Below are positions 52,553 to 62,881 of a DNA stretch of 64,000 nt, piece by piece. The position numbers were made by a program, and so were the translations under genes. The notes below the pieces were generated by a model. The model was given only the letters and a program-made list of their open reading frames with translations, did no database searches and was not told the DNA's origin. The DNA comes from Desulfatiglandales bacterium (GTDB lineage: Bacteria; Desulfobacterota; DSM-4660; Desulfatiglandales; Desulfatiglandaceae), in the NCBI GenBank assembly GCA_963662465.1, contig OY759599.1, positions 4,864,001 to 4,928,000 on the forward strand, read 5' to 3'. Numbering within the stretch: position 1 is the first letter of the stretch; each line of letters opens with the position of its first letter.

Positions 52553-52646
52553 CTAAACCTCCGTAGTGAGACTTAAGACAAGGCCACTCCCGAAGCCGCG
52601 CTGTTTTAATACCGCAGCAAAAGTAGGGACACTTTATGCACATCCG

Positions 52647-52710
52647 GCCCATTGCCGCAGGCCTCTCGGGTAAAAGTGACTTTTTACCCGAGAGGCTGTT
52701 GGCAATGGGC
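52647..52710. terminator. long inverted repeat/terminator-like hairpin between hppA and the CarD gene
   Basis: GCCCATTGCC..GCCTCTCGGGTAAAA / TTTTACCCGAGAGGC..GGCAATGGGC. Confidence 0.55.
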
Positions 52711-52745
52711 TTTTTCCGGTTTACGGGTTAACGGTTACGTTTCGA

Positions 52746-54803
52746 TCAACGGAAGATCAAAGAAACTGTCGGAAGGATGGGTGCAATCACAAGAGACACC
52801 ACCGACATCAATTTGATCAGAATATTCATGGCCGGTCCGGAGGTATCCTTGAATGGATCGCCTACGGTATCGCCCACCACGGCCGCTTTATGGTTATTGG
52901 AGCCTTTGCCGCCAAAGTGACCTTCTTCGATGTACTTTTTGGCGTTGTCCCAGGCGCCGCCGCCGTTGGACATAAAAAGCGCCAGGAAAGCGCCCATGAC
53001 GGTTGCGCCGATGAGTACGCCGGCCAAAGTCTCCTTGCCCAGCAGAAAACCCACCAGGACAGGGGTCAGCACGGCGATGAGACCGGGTTTAACCATTTCT
53101 TTCAGCGCGGAGGTGGTAGCAATAGCCACGCAAGTGGAGGAGTCTCCCTTGACGCCTTCTTTTCCTTCCAGAAGCCCCGGAATTTCCCTGAACTGACGCC
53201 GGATTTCCTCTACAATGGAATATGCCGCTTTGCCCACGGAGGTCATGGTGAGGGCCGCGCAGGTCATGGGGACCATGCCGCCGATGAAGAGGCCGATGAT
53301 GACCTTTGGGTTATCCAGGAGAACATCTCCCAGTTTGGCGGCCTGTGAATAGGCCACAAAGAGGGCCAGGGCCGTGAGGGCCGCGGAACCGATGGCAAAT
53401 CCCTTGCCGATGGCTGCCGTGGTATTGCCCAGGGCATCCAGACCATCCGTAATCTTACGGGTTTCAGGTCCCAGACCCGCCATTTCCGAGATGCCGCCCG
53501 CGTTGTCCACGATGGGACCGTAAGCGTCAACGGTCATGGTGGCGCCGACGGTGGCGAGCATGCCCACAGCCGAAAGCCCGATGCCGTAAATGCCGCAGGA
53601 TTCATAGCCCACGTATGTGGCGACGCAAATACCCATAATGGGGAGCCAGGTGGACTGCATGCCCACCGCCAAACCGGCAATAATAACCGTTGCGGCGCCG
53701 GTTTCAGACTGACCGGCGATCCGTTTGACCGGAGGTCCGGAGGTGTAGTATTCCGCCATAAGACCGATGGCGATACCGCAGAGCAATCCGGAAAAAATGG
53801 CCCAAAAAGCGCCAAAAGGCATACCCAGACTCTTGGTGATGATAATGGTAAGGATGATGAAGATGATGGCGGCCACAAAGGTAGTGTACCTCAAGGCGCC
53901 TGCCGGTTCGCCCTTCTGAAAGATTTTGATGGAAAATACGCCGAAAAACGAGCTGAGCAATCCGGCCGTAACGATCAGGATCGGCATGGCCATGTATTTC
54001 AGTTTAATGGCGGTTTCTTCCAACCCTTGCAGGATCGGAAATTCTTTAATGAATTCAGGGGTAACAGCCATGGTGGCACCGATGGCGACGGTGGCGATGA
54101 CGGATCCCACAAAGGATTCGAAAATATCCGCACCCATACCCGCGATATCACCCACATTGTCGCCCACGTTATCGGCGATGACGCCGGGATTCCGAGGATC
54201 ATCTTCGGGAATGCCCGCTTCCACTTTGCCCACCAGGTCGGCGCCCACATCCGCCGCCTTGGTATACACGCCGCCGCCCACACGAGCGAAAAGCGCGATG
54301 GAGCTGGCGCCCATGGCAAAGCCGTTGATATATTCGGCGGTGGCAGGATCTCCACCATATACCCAGAACCAGATGCCTACGCCCAGGAGCCCAAGGCCGG
54401 CCACGGCAAGACCCATGACGGAACCTGAAAAATAGGAAATATTCAGGGCTTCGGGCTGTCCATGTTTATTGGCGGCTTCCGCGGTTCGCGAATTTCCCCG
54501 GGTGGCGGCCGTCATGCCCGAAAAACCGGCCAGCATGGAAGCCAAAGCGCCGGTAATGAAACATATGGCGGTTTTCCAGGCGATGCCCCAGCCCAGAAGG
54601 ATAAAGACGATACCGATAAAAACGACTAAAACGGTATATTCCCTCTTTAAAAATGTCATGGCGCCGGTATGGATTTGATCTTCCAAATCTGCCATGAGGG
54701 CATTGCCGTTCGGCTGTTTTTTGATATAGTTGTAAATCAGCCAGGCAATAATCAAGCTTAGAATCCCTACAAAGGGAGCTAATTTAGTAAATCCCTGCAT
54801 CAC
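52746..54803 (-). CDS. hppA: membrane-bound K+-dependent (probably Na+-translocating) pyrophosphatase
   Basis: [26 protein letters not shown] (K+-dependent Ala), [10 protein letters not shown]. Confidence 0.95.
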   Translation of the reverse strand: MMQGFTKLAPFVGILSLIIAWLIYNYIKKQPNGNALMADLEDQIHTGAMTFLKREYTVLVVFIGIVFILLGWGIAWKTAICFITGALASMLAGFSGMTAATRGNSRTAEAANKHGQPEALNISYFSGSVMGLAVAGLGLLGVGIWFWVYGGDPATAEYINGFAMGASSIALFARVGGGVYTKAADVGADLVGKVEAGIPEDDPRNPGVIADNVGDNVGDIAGMGADIFESFVGSVIATVAIGATMAVTPEFIKEFPILQGLEETAIKLKYMAMPILIVTAGLLSSFFGVFSIKIFQKGEPAGALRYTTFVAAIIFIILTIIITKSLGMPFGAFWAIFSGLLCGIAIGLMAEYYTSGPPVKRIAGQSETGAATVIIAGLAVGMQSTWLPIMGICVATYVGYESCGIYGIGLSAVGMLATVGATMTVDAYGPIVDNAGGISEMAGLGPETRKITDGLDALGNTTAAIGKGFAIGSAALTALALFVAYSQAAKLGDVLLDNPKVIIGLFIGGMVPMTCAALTMTSVGKAAYSIVEEIRRQFREIPGLLEGKEGVKGDSSTCVAIATTSALKEMVKPGLIAVLTPVLVGFLLGKETLAGVLIGATVMGAFLALFMSNGGGAWDNAKKYIEEGHFGGKGSNNHKAAVVGDTVGDPFKDTSGPAMNILIKLMSVVSLVIAPILPTVSLIFR

Positions 54804-55389
54804 TTCTTCCTCCTTGAATTGTTAATCTTCGGCAATTGATATAATTCATTGCCGCTTCAACCCCTTCCAAAACAAACAGTTCGGATGCCTTGACAGCCAT
54901 CCGCATGACGTCTTCCGCGGGCTTTTTTTCGTCATCATCAAAATAACTGAGTACATAGTCAACCACAGCCTCCCCGTGGCGCGGCCGACCGATGCCGATT
55001 TTGACCCGCGAAAAGTCTGAACTACCCAAAAGGTGAATAATGGATGAAACACCTTTATGGCCACCTGGCCCCCCATTCCTGACGACCTTGACCTTTCCCA
55101 ACGGTAGATCCAGATCATCGTGTATGACCAACAATTTCGTTGCTTCCAGGTCATAGTGGTGGATACAGTCCCTGACCGATTCGCCGCTCTTGTTCATGAA
55201 AGTCAGGGGGCAAAGAAGAACGATCGGGTTGCCCCGGAAATCAACCAAGGCATGCTTTGCACGAAATTGACGGTCTTTGAAGATCGCCCCAAGCGATTTT
55301 CCCCATTGCTCAACAGCTTCCTGCCCTATGTTATGCCTGGTATGTTCGTATTGTTGCCCAGGATTGCCGAGGCCTGCAATTAGGTACAA
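54784..55389 (-). CDS. pth: peptidyl-tRNA hydrolase
   Basis: GLGNPG..Y..TRHNIG, TFMNKSG, HDDLD, GGHKG. Confidence 0.96.
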   Translation of the reverse strand: MYLIAGLGNPGQQYEHTRHNIGQEAVEQWGKSLGAIFKDRQFRAKHALVDFRGNPIVLLCPLTFMNKSGESVRDCIHHYDLEATKLLVIHDDLDLPLGKVKVVRNGGPGGHKGVSSIIHLLGSSDFSRVKIGIGRPRHGEAVVDYVLSYFDDDEKKPAEDVMRMAVKASELFVLEGVEAAMNYINCRRLTIQGGRSDAGIY

Positions 55390-55419
55390 ATTTTCCCTTC
55401 GAGGTTCACCCCCTTTCCC

Positions 55420-56091
55420 TTATTCTTTTGATTCTTCGGCGGTTTTCTCAGCTGAGCCAGCCGTTTCTTCCGTTGTTTCCGCTTCTTCACCTTCGGCTCC
55501 CGCTTCCTCTTCCTCTTCCGCGGCGCCCTTGATATTGATAACCGCGACGGTCAAGTTACCTTCATCCACAGCCCGAACACCCTCGGGAAGCGGGAGATCC
55601 CGAATGCGCACTTTTTCCCCGACGTCCAAATCGGAAATATCCACATCCAGGCTTTCGATGAGCTTGTCCGGAAAACAGCAGATAACGAGTTCTCTCCTGA
55701 TCTGCTGCAAAATACCGCCACCATCCGTAACCCCTTTGGGAATACCCTGGAGTCGAACGTGAATGGGCAGCGTCAGTTCCCGGTCATTGGAAATTTCATA
55801 AAAGTCCGCGTGTATAAAATTGTTTTTAATGGGATCGATCACCAGTTCTTTCACCATGACCTTTTTGATGATTTCCCCCTGGTCGGTTTCAATCTTAAGG
55901 TCGAGAATGGCGTTTTCACCTTTGCCGGCCTTTTCAAGCCGTAAAAGGTGAACTTCTTCAAGGGTTAGCATAACAGGGTCGGCGCCCGGGCCGTAGAAAA
56001 TTGCGGGGACCTGTTTGTTCTGCCTTAATCTTCTGGCGGCGCCTTTTCCTGTTTCGGTCCTGACGCGGGCAGCAAGCGCTAGTTGAGTCAT
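55420..56091 (-). CDS. rplY: 50S ribosomal protein L25/Ctc
   Basis: GKGAARRLR..VPAIFYG, HADF, GV..GG.L, acidic tail. Confidence 0.95.
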   Translation of the reverse strand: MTQLALAARVRTETGKGAARRLRQNKQVPAIFYGPGADPVMLTLEEVHLLRLEKAGKGENAILDLKIETDQGEIIKKVMVKELVIDPIKNNFIHADFYEISNDRELTLPIHVRLQGIPKGVTDGGGILQQIRRELVICCFPDKLIESLDVDISDLDVGEKVRIRDLPLPEGVRAVDEGNLTVAVINIKGAAEEEEEAGAEGEEAETTEETAGSAEKTAEESKE

Positions 56092-56168
56092 TGATTCTTA
56101 TTACCTCCGGCATTAATAAAATTTTTCACAAAGTAACGCGGCCCGACATCCCAGGCCTATTTTCCGGG

Positions 56169-57110
56169 CTACACAAACAGCGTGCTGACCGAGTTGGAAT
56201 GATGAATTCTTTTGATGGTTTCTCCCAGAAGCTCGGCGATGGAAAGGGCAATTATCTTTGAACAGGCCGCAGCCTCCTTATTCAGGGGAATGGTGTTGGT
56301 GATGACCAGACTGTCAATGGGAGAATCCACAATTCTTCCGATGGCGGGGCCCGAGAGAATCGGATGGGTGCAACAGGCATGTACCGCTATGGCGCCCCTT
56401 TCCTTGAGTGCACCGGCGGCCTGGGTCAGCGTCCCCGCGGTATCAACCATGTCGTCAAGGATAATGGCTGTTTTGCCTTTGACTTCGCCGATAATGTTCA
56501 TAGCTTCGGCAACATTCGGCGAAACCCGCCGTTTATCAATGATGGCCAGTGATGCCGAAAGTCGTTTGGCAAAAGCGCGGGCCCTTTCAACGCCCCCTGC
56601 ATCGGGGGAAACAATTACCGGGTCTCCCCGTGTGTTGTTCTGGATATATTTCAGTAAAATGGGCGCTGCAAAGATATTATCCACGGGAATGTTAAAATAC
56701 CCCTGAATCTGTCCCGCATGGAGATCCATGGCCACCACCCGATTGGCGCCTGCCGTGGTAATAAGATCCGCAACAAGCTTGGCGCTGATGGGTACTCGCG
56801 GCTTTACTTTCCTGTCCTGGCGGCTGTACCCGTAATAGGGAATCACGGCTGTGATCCGTTCGGCGGAAGCCCGTCTCATGGCGTCCATGATGATGAGAAG
56901 CTGCATCAGGTTGTCGTTTACCGGCGTAGAAGTGGACTGAATGACAAAAACATCACGCCCTCTGATATTTTCGCCCAGTTCAACCCGGGTTTCGCCATCG
57001 CTGAATGTTTCGGCAAGAATCCTACCGGGACTGACGCCGAGATAATTGCACACTTCGAGGGTTAATGCAGGATTGGAGGTTCCGCCAAATAATTTTATGT
57101 CATGGTCCAA
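56169..57110 (-). CDS. prs: ribose-phosphate pyrophosphokinase
   Basis: [37 protein letters not shown]. Confidence 0.97.
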   Translation of the reverse strand: MDHDIKLFGGTSNPALTLEVCNYLGVSPGRILAETFSDGETRVELGENIRGRDVFVIQSTSTPVNDNLMQLLIIMDAMRRASAERITAVIPYYGYSRQDRKVKPRVPISAKLVADLITTAGANRVVAMDLHAGQIQGYFNIPVDNIFAAPILLKYIQNNTRGDPVIVSPDAGGVERARAFAKRLSASLAIIDKRRVSPNVAEAMNIIGEVKGKTAIILDDMVDTAGTLTQAAGALKERGAIAVHACCTHPILSGPAIGRIVDSPIDSLVITNTIPLNKEAAACSKIIALSIAELLGETIKRIHHSNSVSTLFV

Positions 57111-57149
57111 CGCAGGGTCCTCATTGTTTTTTACAAACGGTCATCTTCT

Positions 57150-58142
57150 TTATAAATGGCTGGGGTGGGAGGATTCGAACCCCCGAATGCGGGCGCCAAA
57201 GGCCCGTGTCTTACCGCTTGACGACACCCCAGTAACTCCTTCAACCACAAAAACCCGGCCCAAAGTTGCGGCGTTCAAAACCGATTTTGCATGGAAGGCC
57301 TTGCTTTTTGATTCAAAAACACCAAAAACGCTGGGACCGCTCCCTGACATCAAAGCGCCGACGGCGCCAGCATCCATCAAGGATCGCTTTATTTCCCTGA
57401 TAATTGGAAATCTGGAAACCGTAACCCGCTCCAGATCATTTTCTAAAAGATGACGAATATCCATCGGCATGCTCTTTAAATTCCTAATAATAAAGTAATA
57501 CTCGTTCGTTGTCAACTCAAATTCCCGTTTCTCTTCTTTCTCCGACTCAGATGGCCGTTTGTCCAAGGCCCCATAGGCCCAGGCTGTGGAAACGGAAATA
57601 TTGGGCATGACGATAACATAGCACAACGGCGGCCATTTTCCAATGGGTTCGAGTACCTCGCCGATTCCGCGAGCGATGCAAGGCCCCCGTTGCAGAAAAA
57701 AAGGTACGTCGGCCCCTAGTTTTACAGCCAATTCCGCCATTTCTTCCGAGAGAAGGGGGTCAGAGGCGCAAAGGATTTCGTTCAAAACCATGAGAACGGC
57801 AGCCGCGTCGCTGCTGCCCCCGCCTAAGCCTGCAGCCACGGGAATCCTTTTAGTGAGCACTATGGAAAGCCCCTGTTTCCAACCGATGCGCGAAAAAAAA
57901 GACCGCGCTGCGCGGAACGCCAGATTATCGGCGTTCGCCGGCGCCTGAAAACCGCGGCAAGCAATGTTAATTCCCGGTTCTTTAGTGAATGTTAGTTCAA
58001 GGCGATCGAATAAATCAACGGGCGCCATAATGGAAACCAGGCGATGGTATCCGTCAGGCCGACGTCCTGTGATTTTCAGCCGAATATTTAATTTTGCCGG
58101 GGCATCGACAACAAAGGGCCGGTTAAATTCAATGGTTGACAT
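57150..58142 (-). CDS. ispE: 4-(CDP)-2-C-methyl-D-erythritol kinase
   Basis: APAKLN, KRIPVAAGLGGGSSDAA, LGADVPF, NDLE, MSGSG; the reading frame runs through the tRNA-Gln. Confidence 0.94.
   Translation of the reverse strand: MSTIEFNRPFVVDAPAKLNIRLKITGRRPDGYHRLVSIMAPVDLFDRLELTFTKEPGINIACRGFQAPANADNLAFRAARSFFSRIGWKQGLSIVLTKRIPVAAGLGGGSSDAAAVLMVLNEILCASDPLLSEEMAELAVKLGADVPFFLQRGPCIARGIGEVLEPIGKWPPLCYVIVMPNISVSTAWAYGALDKRPSESEKEEKREFELTTNEYYFIIRNLKSMPMDIRHLLENDLERVTVSRFPIIREIKRSLMDAGAVGALMSGSGPSVFGVFESKSKAFHAKSVLNAATLGRVFVVEGVTGVSSSGKTRAFGARIRGFESSHPSHL
57157..57231 (-). tRNA. tRNA-Gln (anticodon TTG) with encoded CCA
   Basis: TGGGGTGTCGTCAAGCGGTAAGACACGGGC-CTTTGGC-GCCCGCATTCGGGGGTTCGAATCCTCCCACCCCAGCCA cloverleaf, 75 nt. 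Confidence 0.96.
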
Positions 58143-58161
58143 GTTTTTTTTGCCGAAGTCC

Positions 58162-58455
58162 TTATCTCTTTTCCTTCACATACCGCAGCCGAAGGTCCGC
58201 CAAGACGTTTTCAACAAACTTTTCCTCTTCACCGGTCAGGTTGCCCGCCGTTTTTTCTTTTAGCATGGCAATGGTATCAATGGTATGTTTGGCAAGTGGA
58301 AGATCCTTCTTTTTTTCATGGGTCTGGGGATCAGGCAATTCCCCCAGGTGAAACAGGGCCGTTGAACTCAGGCTGAAAATGAGTGCTGGAAAGCTGATTT
58401 CCGGCAACGGCATCTGAGCCGTTTCCCGTGAAGGTTCTTTTTTCTCTTCCGACAT
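58162..58455 (-). CDS. DUF1844 family protein
   Basis: SL...AL.HLGELPDP, AKHTID..AML.EKT.GNL..EE. Confidence 0.85.
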   Translation of the reverse strand: MSEEKKEPSRETAQMPLPEISFPALIFSLSSTALFHLGELPDPQTHEKKKDLPLAKHTIDTIAMLKEKTAGNLTGEEEKFVENVLADLRLRYVKEKR

Positions 58456-58494
58456 GTGTCAATTCCTTTCCCAGATAAGCATAACGATGAATCG

Positions 58495-60075
58495 CTACAG
58501 GTCGATCCTGCGCGCTGAAATGATGTGTTTAAGATTTAACAGTTTTACGATAATATCATCATCAACCATTTCATTAATGGAGAGAAAAATTACATTTTCT
58601 TTATTCTCCTTTTCTTCACCCACCTGCATCCGATTGATATTGATTCCGTTTTCTCCAAGGGTGGAGGCAATGGCGCCGATAACCCCAGGTACGTTTTCGT
58701 TCTGGATTAATAAATTATGTCCTTCGGGAATCGCTTCGAGGTAGAAATTGTTGATTCGCAGAATCCTGACCAGTTTCTTGCCGAAGATGGTTCCGGAAAC
58801 AATATGTTCACTCTCCAATGTCTTTACGGTGAGCTTAGCGAGACTAGCAAAATCATCAGACGTTTGGGTTTTGGATTCTACCACCTTGATGCCCCGTTCA
58901 GCGGCAATATAGGGGGCGTTAACGAAATTGACGTCGTATTTAAGGATCGGCGTCAACAATCCCTTGAGCATGGCAGTGGTCAGCGGGGCGGTATCATATT
59001 GCGTGATGACGCCGGAATAATCAATCCTGACCTCCACCAGGGCGCTGTCGGATAACTGTGCCTGCAGGGCGCCCATCCGTTCCAGCAAAATGGCGTAGGG
59101 TCTCAAGGTGGTCATCAATTCAGCGCTGATGCCGGGGACATTGACGGCGTTTTTGACGGAGCCATGCAGCAGGTAGGCAATAATCTGTTCTGCAACTTCA
59201 GCGGCCACATTATCCTGGGCTTCCCGGGTAGAGGCCCCCAGGTGAGGGGTGCAGATGAAATTAGATAGCGACATCAGTTTGTGATCCCCAGGAGGCTCCG
59301 TGCTGAACACATCAAAGGCAGCGCCCCCCAGTCGCCCGGATTTCAGCGCCTCATAGACGTCATCCTCGTTAACAATGCCTCCTCGGGCGCAATTGAGCAG
59401 CATGGCCCCCTTTTTCATTTTGGCAAGGGTGTCCCGGTTAATCATGCCGGCGGTTTCTTCGGTTTTGGGAGTATGGATGGTAACATAATCCGCCCGGGCA
59501 AGGAGCTCATCCAGGGATACGGGCTCCAGGTCAAGCTTTTCAACGGTTTCCGGCTTGATATAGGGGTCAAAGACAATGACTTTCATCTTCATGGCGCGTG
59601 CCCGATCCGCCACAATGCGACCGATATGGCCGGCCCCGATAAGACCGAGGGTTTTGTTGAAAAGTTCCCGGCCCTTGAACGCCTTTTTTTCCCACTTGCC
59701 CGCCTTGAGGGATGCCGTTGCCTGGGGAATGTTTCGTGAAAGCGCCATCATCAGGGCAAGGGTATGTTCAGCCGTGGTGATGGTGTTCCCCTCGGGGGTA
59801 TTCATCACCACGATGCCCCGACGGCTGGCCTCGGGAATGTCCACATTGTCAAGGCCGATGCCGGCCCGGCCGATGACCTTCAGACGCTTTGCAGATGCGA
59901 GGATGTCCGCCGTAACTTGGGTGGCGCTGCGAATGACAAGCCCGTCGTAATTTCCGATGATTTCCTTCAGCGCTTGCGGGGCAAGGCCGATGTTCACATC
60001 CGCGTCGATGCCGGGGGTTTCCTGGAAAAGCTGGATGCCCACGGGGGAAAGGGGATCACTTACAAGAACTTTCAT
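58495..60075 (-). CDS. serA: D-3-phosphoglycerate dehydrogenase (type I, ASB+ACT)
   Basis: IRSAT, GRAGIGLDNVD, NCARGG, TPHLGAST.EAQ, C-terminal ACT. Confidence 0.96.
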   Translation of the reverse strand: MKVLVSDPLSPVGIQLFQETPGIDADVNIGLAPQALKEIIGNYDGLVIRSATQVTADILASAKRLKVIGRAGIGLDNVDIPEASRRGIVVMNTPEGNTITTAEHTLALMMALSRNIPQATASLKAGKWEKKAFKGRELFNKTLGLIGAGHIGRIVADRARAMKMKVIVFDPYIKPETVEKLDLEPVSLDELLARADYVTIHTPKTEETAGMINRDTLAKMKKGAMLLNCARGGIVNEDDVYEALKSGRLGGAAFDVFSTEPPGDHKLMSLSNFICTPHLGASTREAQDNVAAEVAEQIIAYLLHGSVKNAVNVPGISAELMTTLRPYAILLERMGALQAQLSDSALVEVRIDYSGVITQYDTAPLTTAMLKGLLTPILKYDVNFVNAPYIAAERGIKVVESKTQTSDDFASLAKLTVKTLESEHIVSGTIFGKKLVRILRINNFYLEAIPEGHNLLIQNENVPGVIGAIASTLGENGININRMQVGEEKENKENVIFLSINEMVDDDIIVKLLNLKHIISARRIDL

Positions 60076-60230
60076 GGGGTTTCTCCTACGTTCTTTTTAC
60101 CTTCCGAATTTATAATTTAAGGATTCGGGTTCCATATCAGCACGGATCGGCTGGTTCCACCCGCACCCTATTCCGCCGGTAATTTTGGCGCCTTCTAAGA
60201 TCCGAAACCGCTTGGAGCAGCACGCCAATC

Positions 60231-60875
60231 CTAAAACAAATGAAACAGTTTACCGAGCATACCCACCATGGAAATAGCGGAAAAGGTCATGGCAAAGCTG
60301 AAGAGACGAAATGTCTGGCTGCGGTTTTCCCGCAGACCTTCGTCAATGCGACGGTCAATACGTTCAATAATTTTATCAAGCTTTAAATCCACCTGTCCAA
60401 ACCGGTTGTCCATCTGTTCAAACCGCGTATCTATCTGCTCAAAGCGCTTATCCACCTGCTCGAAGCGCTTGTCTATCTGCTCAAAGCGCTTATCCACCTG
60501 CTCGAAGCGCTTGTCTATCTGCTCAAAGCGCTTGTCCACCTGTTCGAAACGCTTGTCCACTTGTTCAAACTGCTTGTCCACCTGCCCAAACCGGTTGGCC
60601 ACTTGTTCAAACTGCTTGTCCACCTGTCCAAACTGCTTGTCCACCTGTCCAAACCGATTGGCCATGTCGTTCTTCAGGTTGTCTTGAGATTTGGAAAGTT
60701 GGTCGAATTTATCGTTCAAGCCTTCGAATTTATAATCAAACTTTTGCTCAAGATTGTCAAACCGGACCTCGAAGTATTGAGATGTGGGGATCAACCTGGC
60801 AATGAGAACTTCAATGGTCTTCTCATTGATGCTGATTTCCGGCTTTTTTTCGCTGTTTTTGTCGTCCTCGCTCAT
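60231..60875 (-). CDS. heptad-repeat coiled-coil protein with C-terminal membrane anchor (DUF1640/CCDC90-like architecture), 13 heptads
   Basis: xDKRFEQ repeats, hydrophobic C-terminus, AAGGGGGTG RBS. Confidence 0.8.
   Translation of the reverse strand: MSEDDKNSEKKPEISINEKTIEVLIARLIPTSQYFEVRFDNLEQKFDYKFEGLNDKFDQLSKSQDNLKNDMANRFGQVDKQFGQVDKQFEQVANRFGQVDKQFEQVDKRFEQVDKRFEQIDKRFEQVDKRFEQIDKRFEQVDKRFEQIDTRFEQMDNRFGQVDLKLDKIIERIDRRIDEGLRENRSQTFRLFSFAMTFSAISMVGMLGKLFHLF
60393..60665. repeat. 21-bp tandem repeat x13
   Basis: CTGTTCAAACCGCTTGTCCAC-like units, 273 bp. Confidence 0.9.
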
Positions 60876-61154
60876 ATCTTCACCCCCTTTGAAGGCTCAA
60901 TACGGCTATTTTACAGCCTCGGGAACTGTTTGGCAAAAGAAATCCGGCAATGGATCGTCGTTCCGGGCTATGCTCGCAACCCAGTATCCTTATGCCGGCT
61001 CGAAGCTTCCATCTCAAAATGCTAAGACCATTGGCTATCGGCAATAGGATTTCCCCCCATGGACCTATTACAGCCTATCGCCTGAGTCTTTTAACCCTCA
61101 GACTACGTTCGTAGCTTTTTTGTTTTTTGTAACAGAAAACCTGGAAATAAGACA

Positions 61155-61673
61155 CTAAAACAAATGAAACAGCTTACCGAGCATGCCCACCATGGAAATG
61201 GCGGAAAAGGTCATGGCAAAACTAAAGAGACGAAATGTCTGGCTGCGATTCTCTCGCAACCCTTCGTCGATGCGGCGGTCAATACGTTCAATGATTTTAT
61301 CAAGCTTTAAATCCACCTGTTCAAACCGTTTGTCCACCTGTTCAAACCGTTTGTCCATCTGTTCAAACCGCTTGTCCACCTGTTCAAACCGCTTGTCCAC
61401 CTGTTCAAACTGTTTGTCCACCTGTTCAAACCGCTTGTCTATGTCGTTCTTCAGGTTGTCTTGAGATTTGGAAAGTTGATCGAACTTATCGTTCAATCCT
61501 TCGAATTTATCGGTCAATCCTTCGAATTTATAATCAAACTTTTGCTCAAGATTGTCAAACCGAACCTCGAAGTATTGAGACGTGGGAATCAACCTGGCAA
61601 TGAGAACTTCAATGGTCTTCTCATTGATGCTGATTTCCGGCTTTTTTTCGCTGTTTTTGTCGTCCTCGCTCAT
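61155..61673 (-). CDS. paralogous heptad-repeat membrane-anchored protein, 6 heptads
   Basis: head and anchor essentially identical to 60231-60875. Confidence 0.8.
   Translation of the reverse strand: MSEDDKNSEKKPEISINEKTIEVLIARLIPTSQYFEVRFDNLEQKFDYKFEGLTDKFEGLNDKFDQLSKSQDNLKNDIDKRFEQVDKQFEQVDKRFEQVDKRFEQMDKRFEQVDKRFEQVDLKLDKIIERIDRRIDEGLRENRSQTFRLFSFAMTFSAISMVGMLGKLFHLF
61317..61442. repeat. 21-bp tandem repeat x6
   Basis: same unit, 126 bp. Confidence 0.9.
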
Positions 61674-61895
61674 ATCTTCACCCCCTTTGAAGGCTCAATA
61701 CGGCTGTTTTACAGCCTAGGGAACTGTTTGGCAAAAGAAATCCGGCAATGGATCGTCGTTCCGAACATCCGCCAATAAATTGCCGGGCTATGGTTTATCG
61801 CCCCGAAAGGAGCTTATACCGTCCCAAAGAAACGACAAATAACAGCCTAAAATTTCAACCCTCGGGAGCCAGGGCCCGAAACGATGATCAAAATC

Positions 61896-62351
61896 CTAAA
61901 ACAAATGAAACAGCTTACCGAGCATGCCCACCATGGAAATGGCGGAAAAGGTCATGGCAAAGCTGAAGAGACGAAATGTCTGGCCGCGGTTCTCCCTCAG
62001 CCCCTCGTCGATGCGGCGGTCAATACGTTCAATGATTTTATCAAGCTTTACATCCACCTGTTCAAACCGTTTGTCCATCTGTTCAAACCGCTTGTCCACC
62101 TGTTCAAACCGCTTGTCCATGTCGTGCTTCAGGTTCTCTTGAGATTTGGAAAGTTGGTCGAACTTATCGTTTAATCCTTCAAACTTATCGTTTAATCCTT
62201 CGAATTTATAATCAAACTTTTGCTCAAGATTGTCAAACCGGACCTCGAAGTATTGAGAGGTGGGGATCAACCTGGCAATGAGGATTTCAATGGTCTTCTC
62301 ATTGATGCTGATTTCAGACTTTTTCTCGCTGCTTTTGTCGTCCTCGCCCAT
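61896..62351 (-). CDS. paralogous heptad-repeat membrane-anchored protein, 3 heptads
   Basis: near-identical head and anchor. Confidence 0.8.
   Translation of the reverse strand: MGEDDKSSEKKSEISINEKTIEILIARLIPTSQYFEVRFDNLEQKFDYKFEGLNDKFEGLNDKFDQLSKSQENLKHDMDKRFEQVDKRFEQMDKRFEQVDVKLDKIIERIDRRIDEGLRENRGQTFRLFSFAMTFSAISMVGMLGKLFHLF
62058..62120. repeat. 21-bp tandem repeat x3
   Basis: same unit, 63 bp. Confidence 0.9.
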
Positions 62352-62379
62352 ATCTCCACCCCCTTAACCTTGTTATGCA

Positions 62380-62553
62380 TTAAGTAAGCGTTCGAATAAT
62401 GTGTTTAGCGAGATATTCCTTGATTTCACGGTGTCGTGGAACAGGTTGCGACAATTTTGTAGTTGGATTGTGGTACCAATCGTGTTTTCCTCCGCGACGA
62501 AGTAAAACGCAACCCATCTTATCCAACTTCGATATTAGTTCTCGCCTTTTCAT
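62380..62553 (-). CDS. hicA: HicA family toxin (57 aa, absent from the ORF track)
   Basis: manual translation MKRRELISKLDKMGCVLLRRGGKHDWYHNPTTKLSQPVPRHREIKEYLAKHIIRTLT; G.H and VPRH motifs; ATGA overlap with hicB. Confidence 0.9.
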   Translation of the reverse strand: MKRRELISKLDKMGCVLLRRGGKHDWYHNPTTKLSQPVPRHREIKEYLAKHIIRTLT

Positions 62554-62741
62554 GCAACAGCCAACTCAGCAACACGCCGTACCGAAGGAATAGTACCGCT
62601 AATAAGTTCCCGGTAAATATCTCTAAGATTTTCCTGAAGTTCTTCTATGGTCTCTCCTTGAGTCATGTAGTCAGAATATTCCTCAAAATACCCGATCCAC
62701 ATTTCACCATCTTGCCAATAGGTATATCTTAGTAAAGTCAT
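62550..62741 (-). CDS. hicB: short HicB family antitoxin
   Basis: YWQDG.MWIGY..EY.DY.TQGETIEEL.ENL. Confidence 0.88.
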   Translation of the reverse strand: MTLLRYTYWQDGEMWIGYFEEYSDYMTQGETIEELQENLRDIYRELISGTIPSVRRVAELAVA

Positions 62742-62881
62742 AGCCTTGCCCTTTGGTTTAAGTGTTTATAAGTGAGTCCCTGACAGATGATGGTTATCGC
62801 ACTTAATTCGTTTCATGCGGCAATACGTTCTTCCGTATAATTTTTGGTTTTGGTCTTGTTTCACCTTTGATTGTTGCCGAC

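Noticed and set aside
60393..62120. 21-bp periodic repeats as a CRISPR array or DGR
   Set aside because: No unique spacers, in-frame heptad coding, and no cas or reverse transcriptase gene in the window
60268..62142. Plus-strand Cys-rich ORFs (TCSKRLS repeats)
   Set aside because: Antisense shadows of the heptad genes, which have an RBS and sensible architecture
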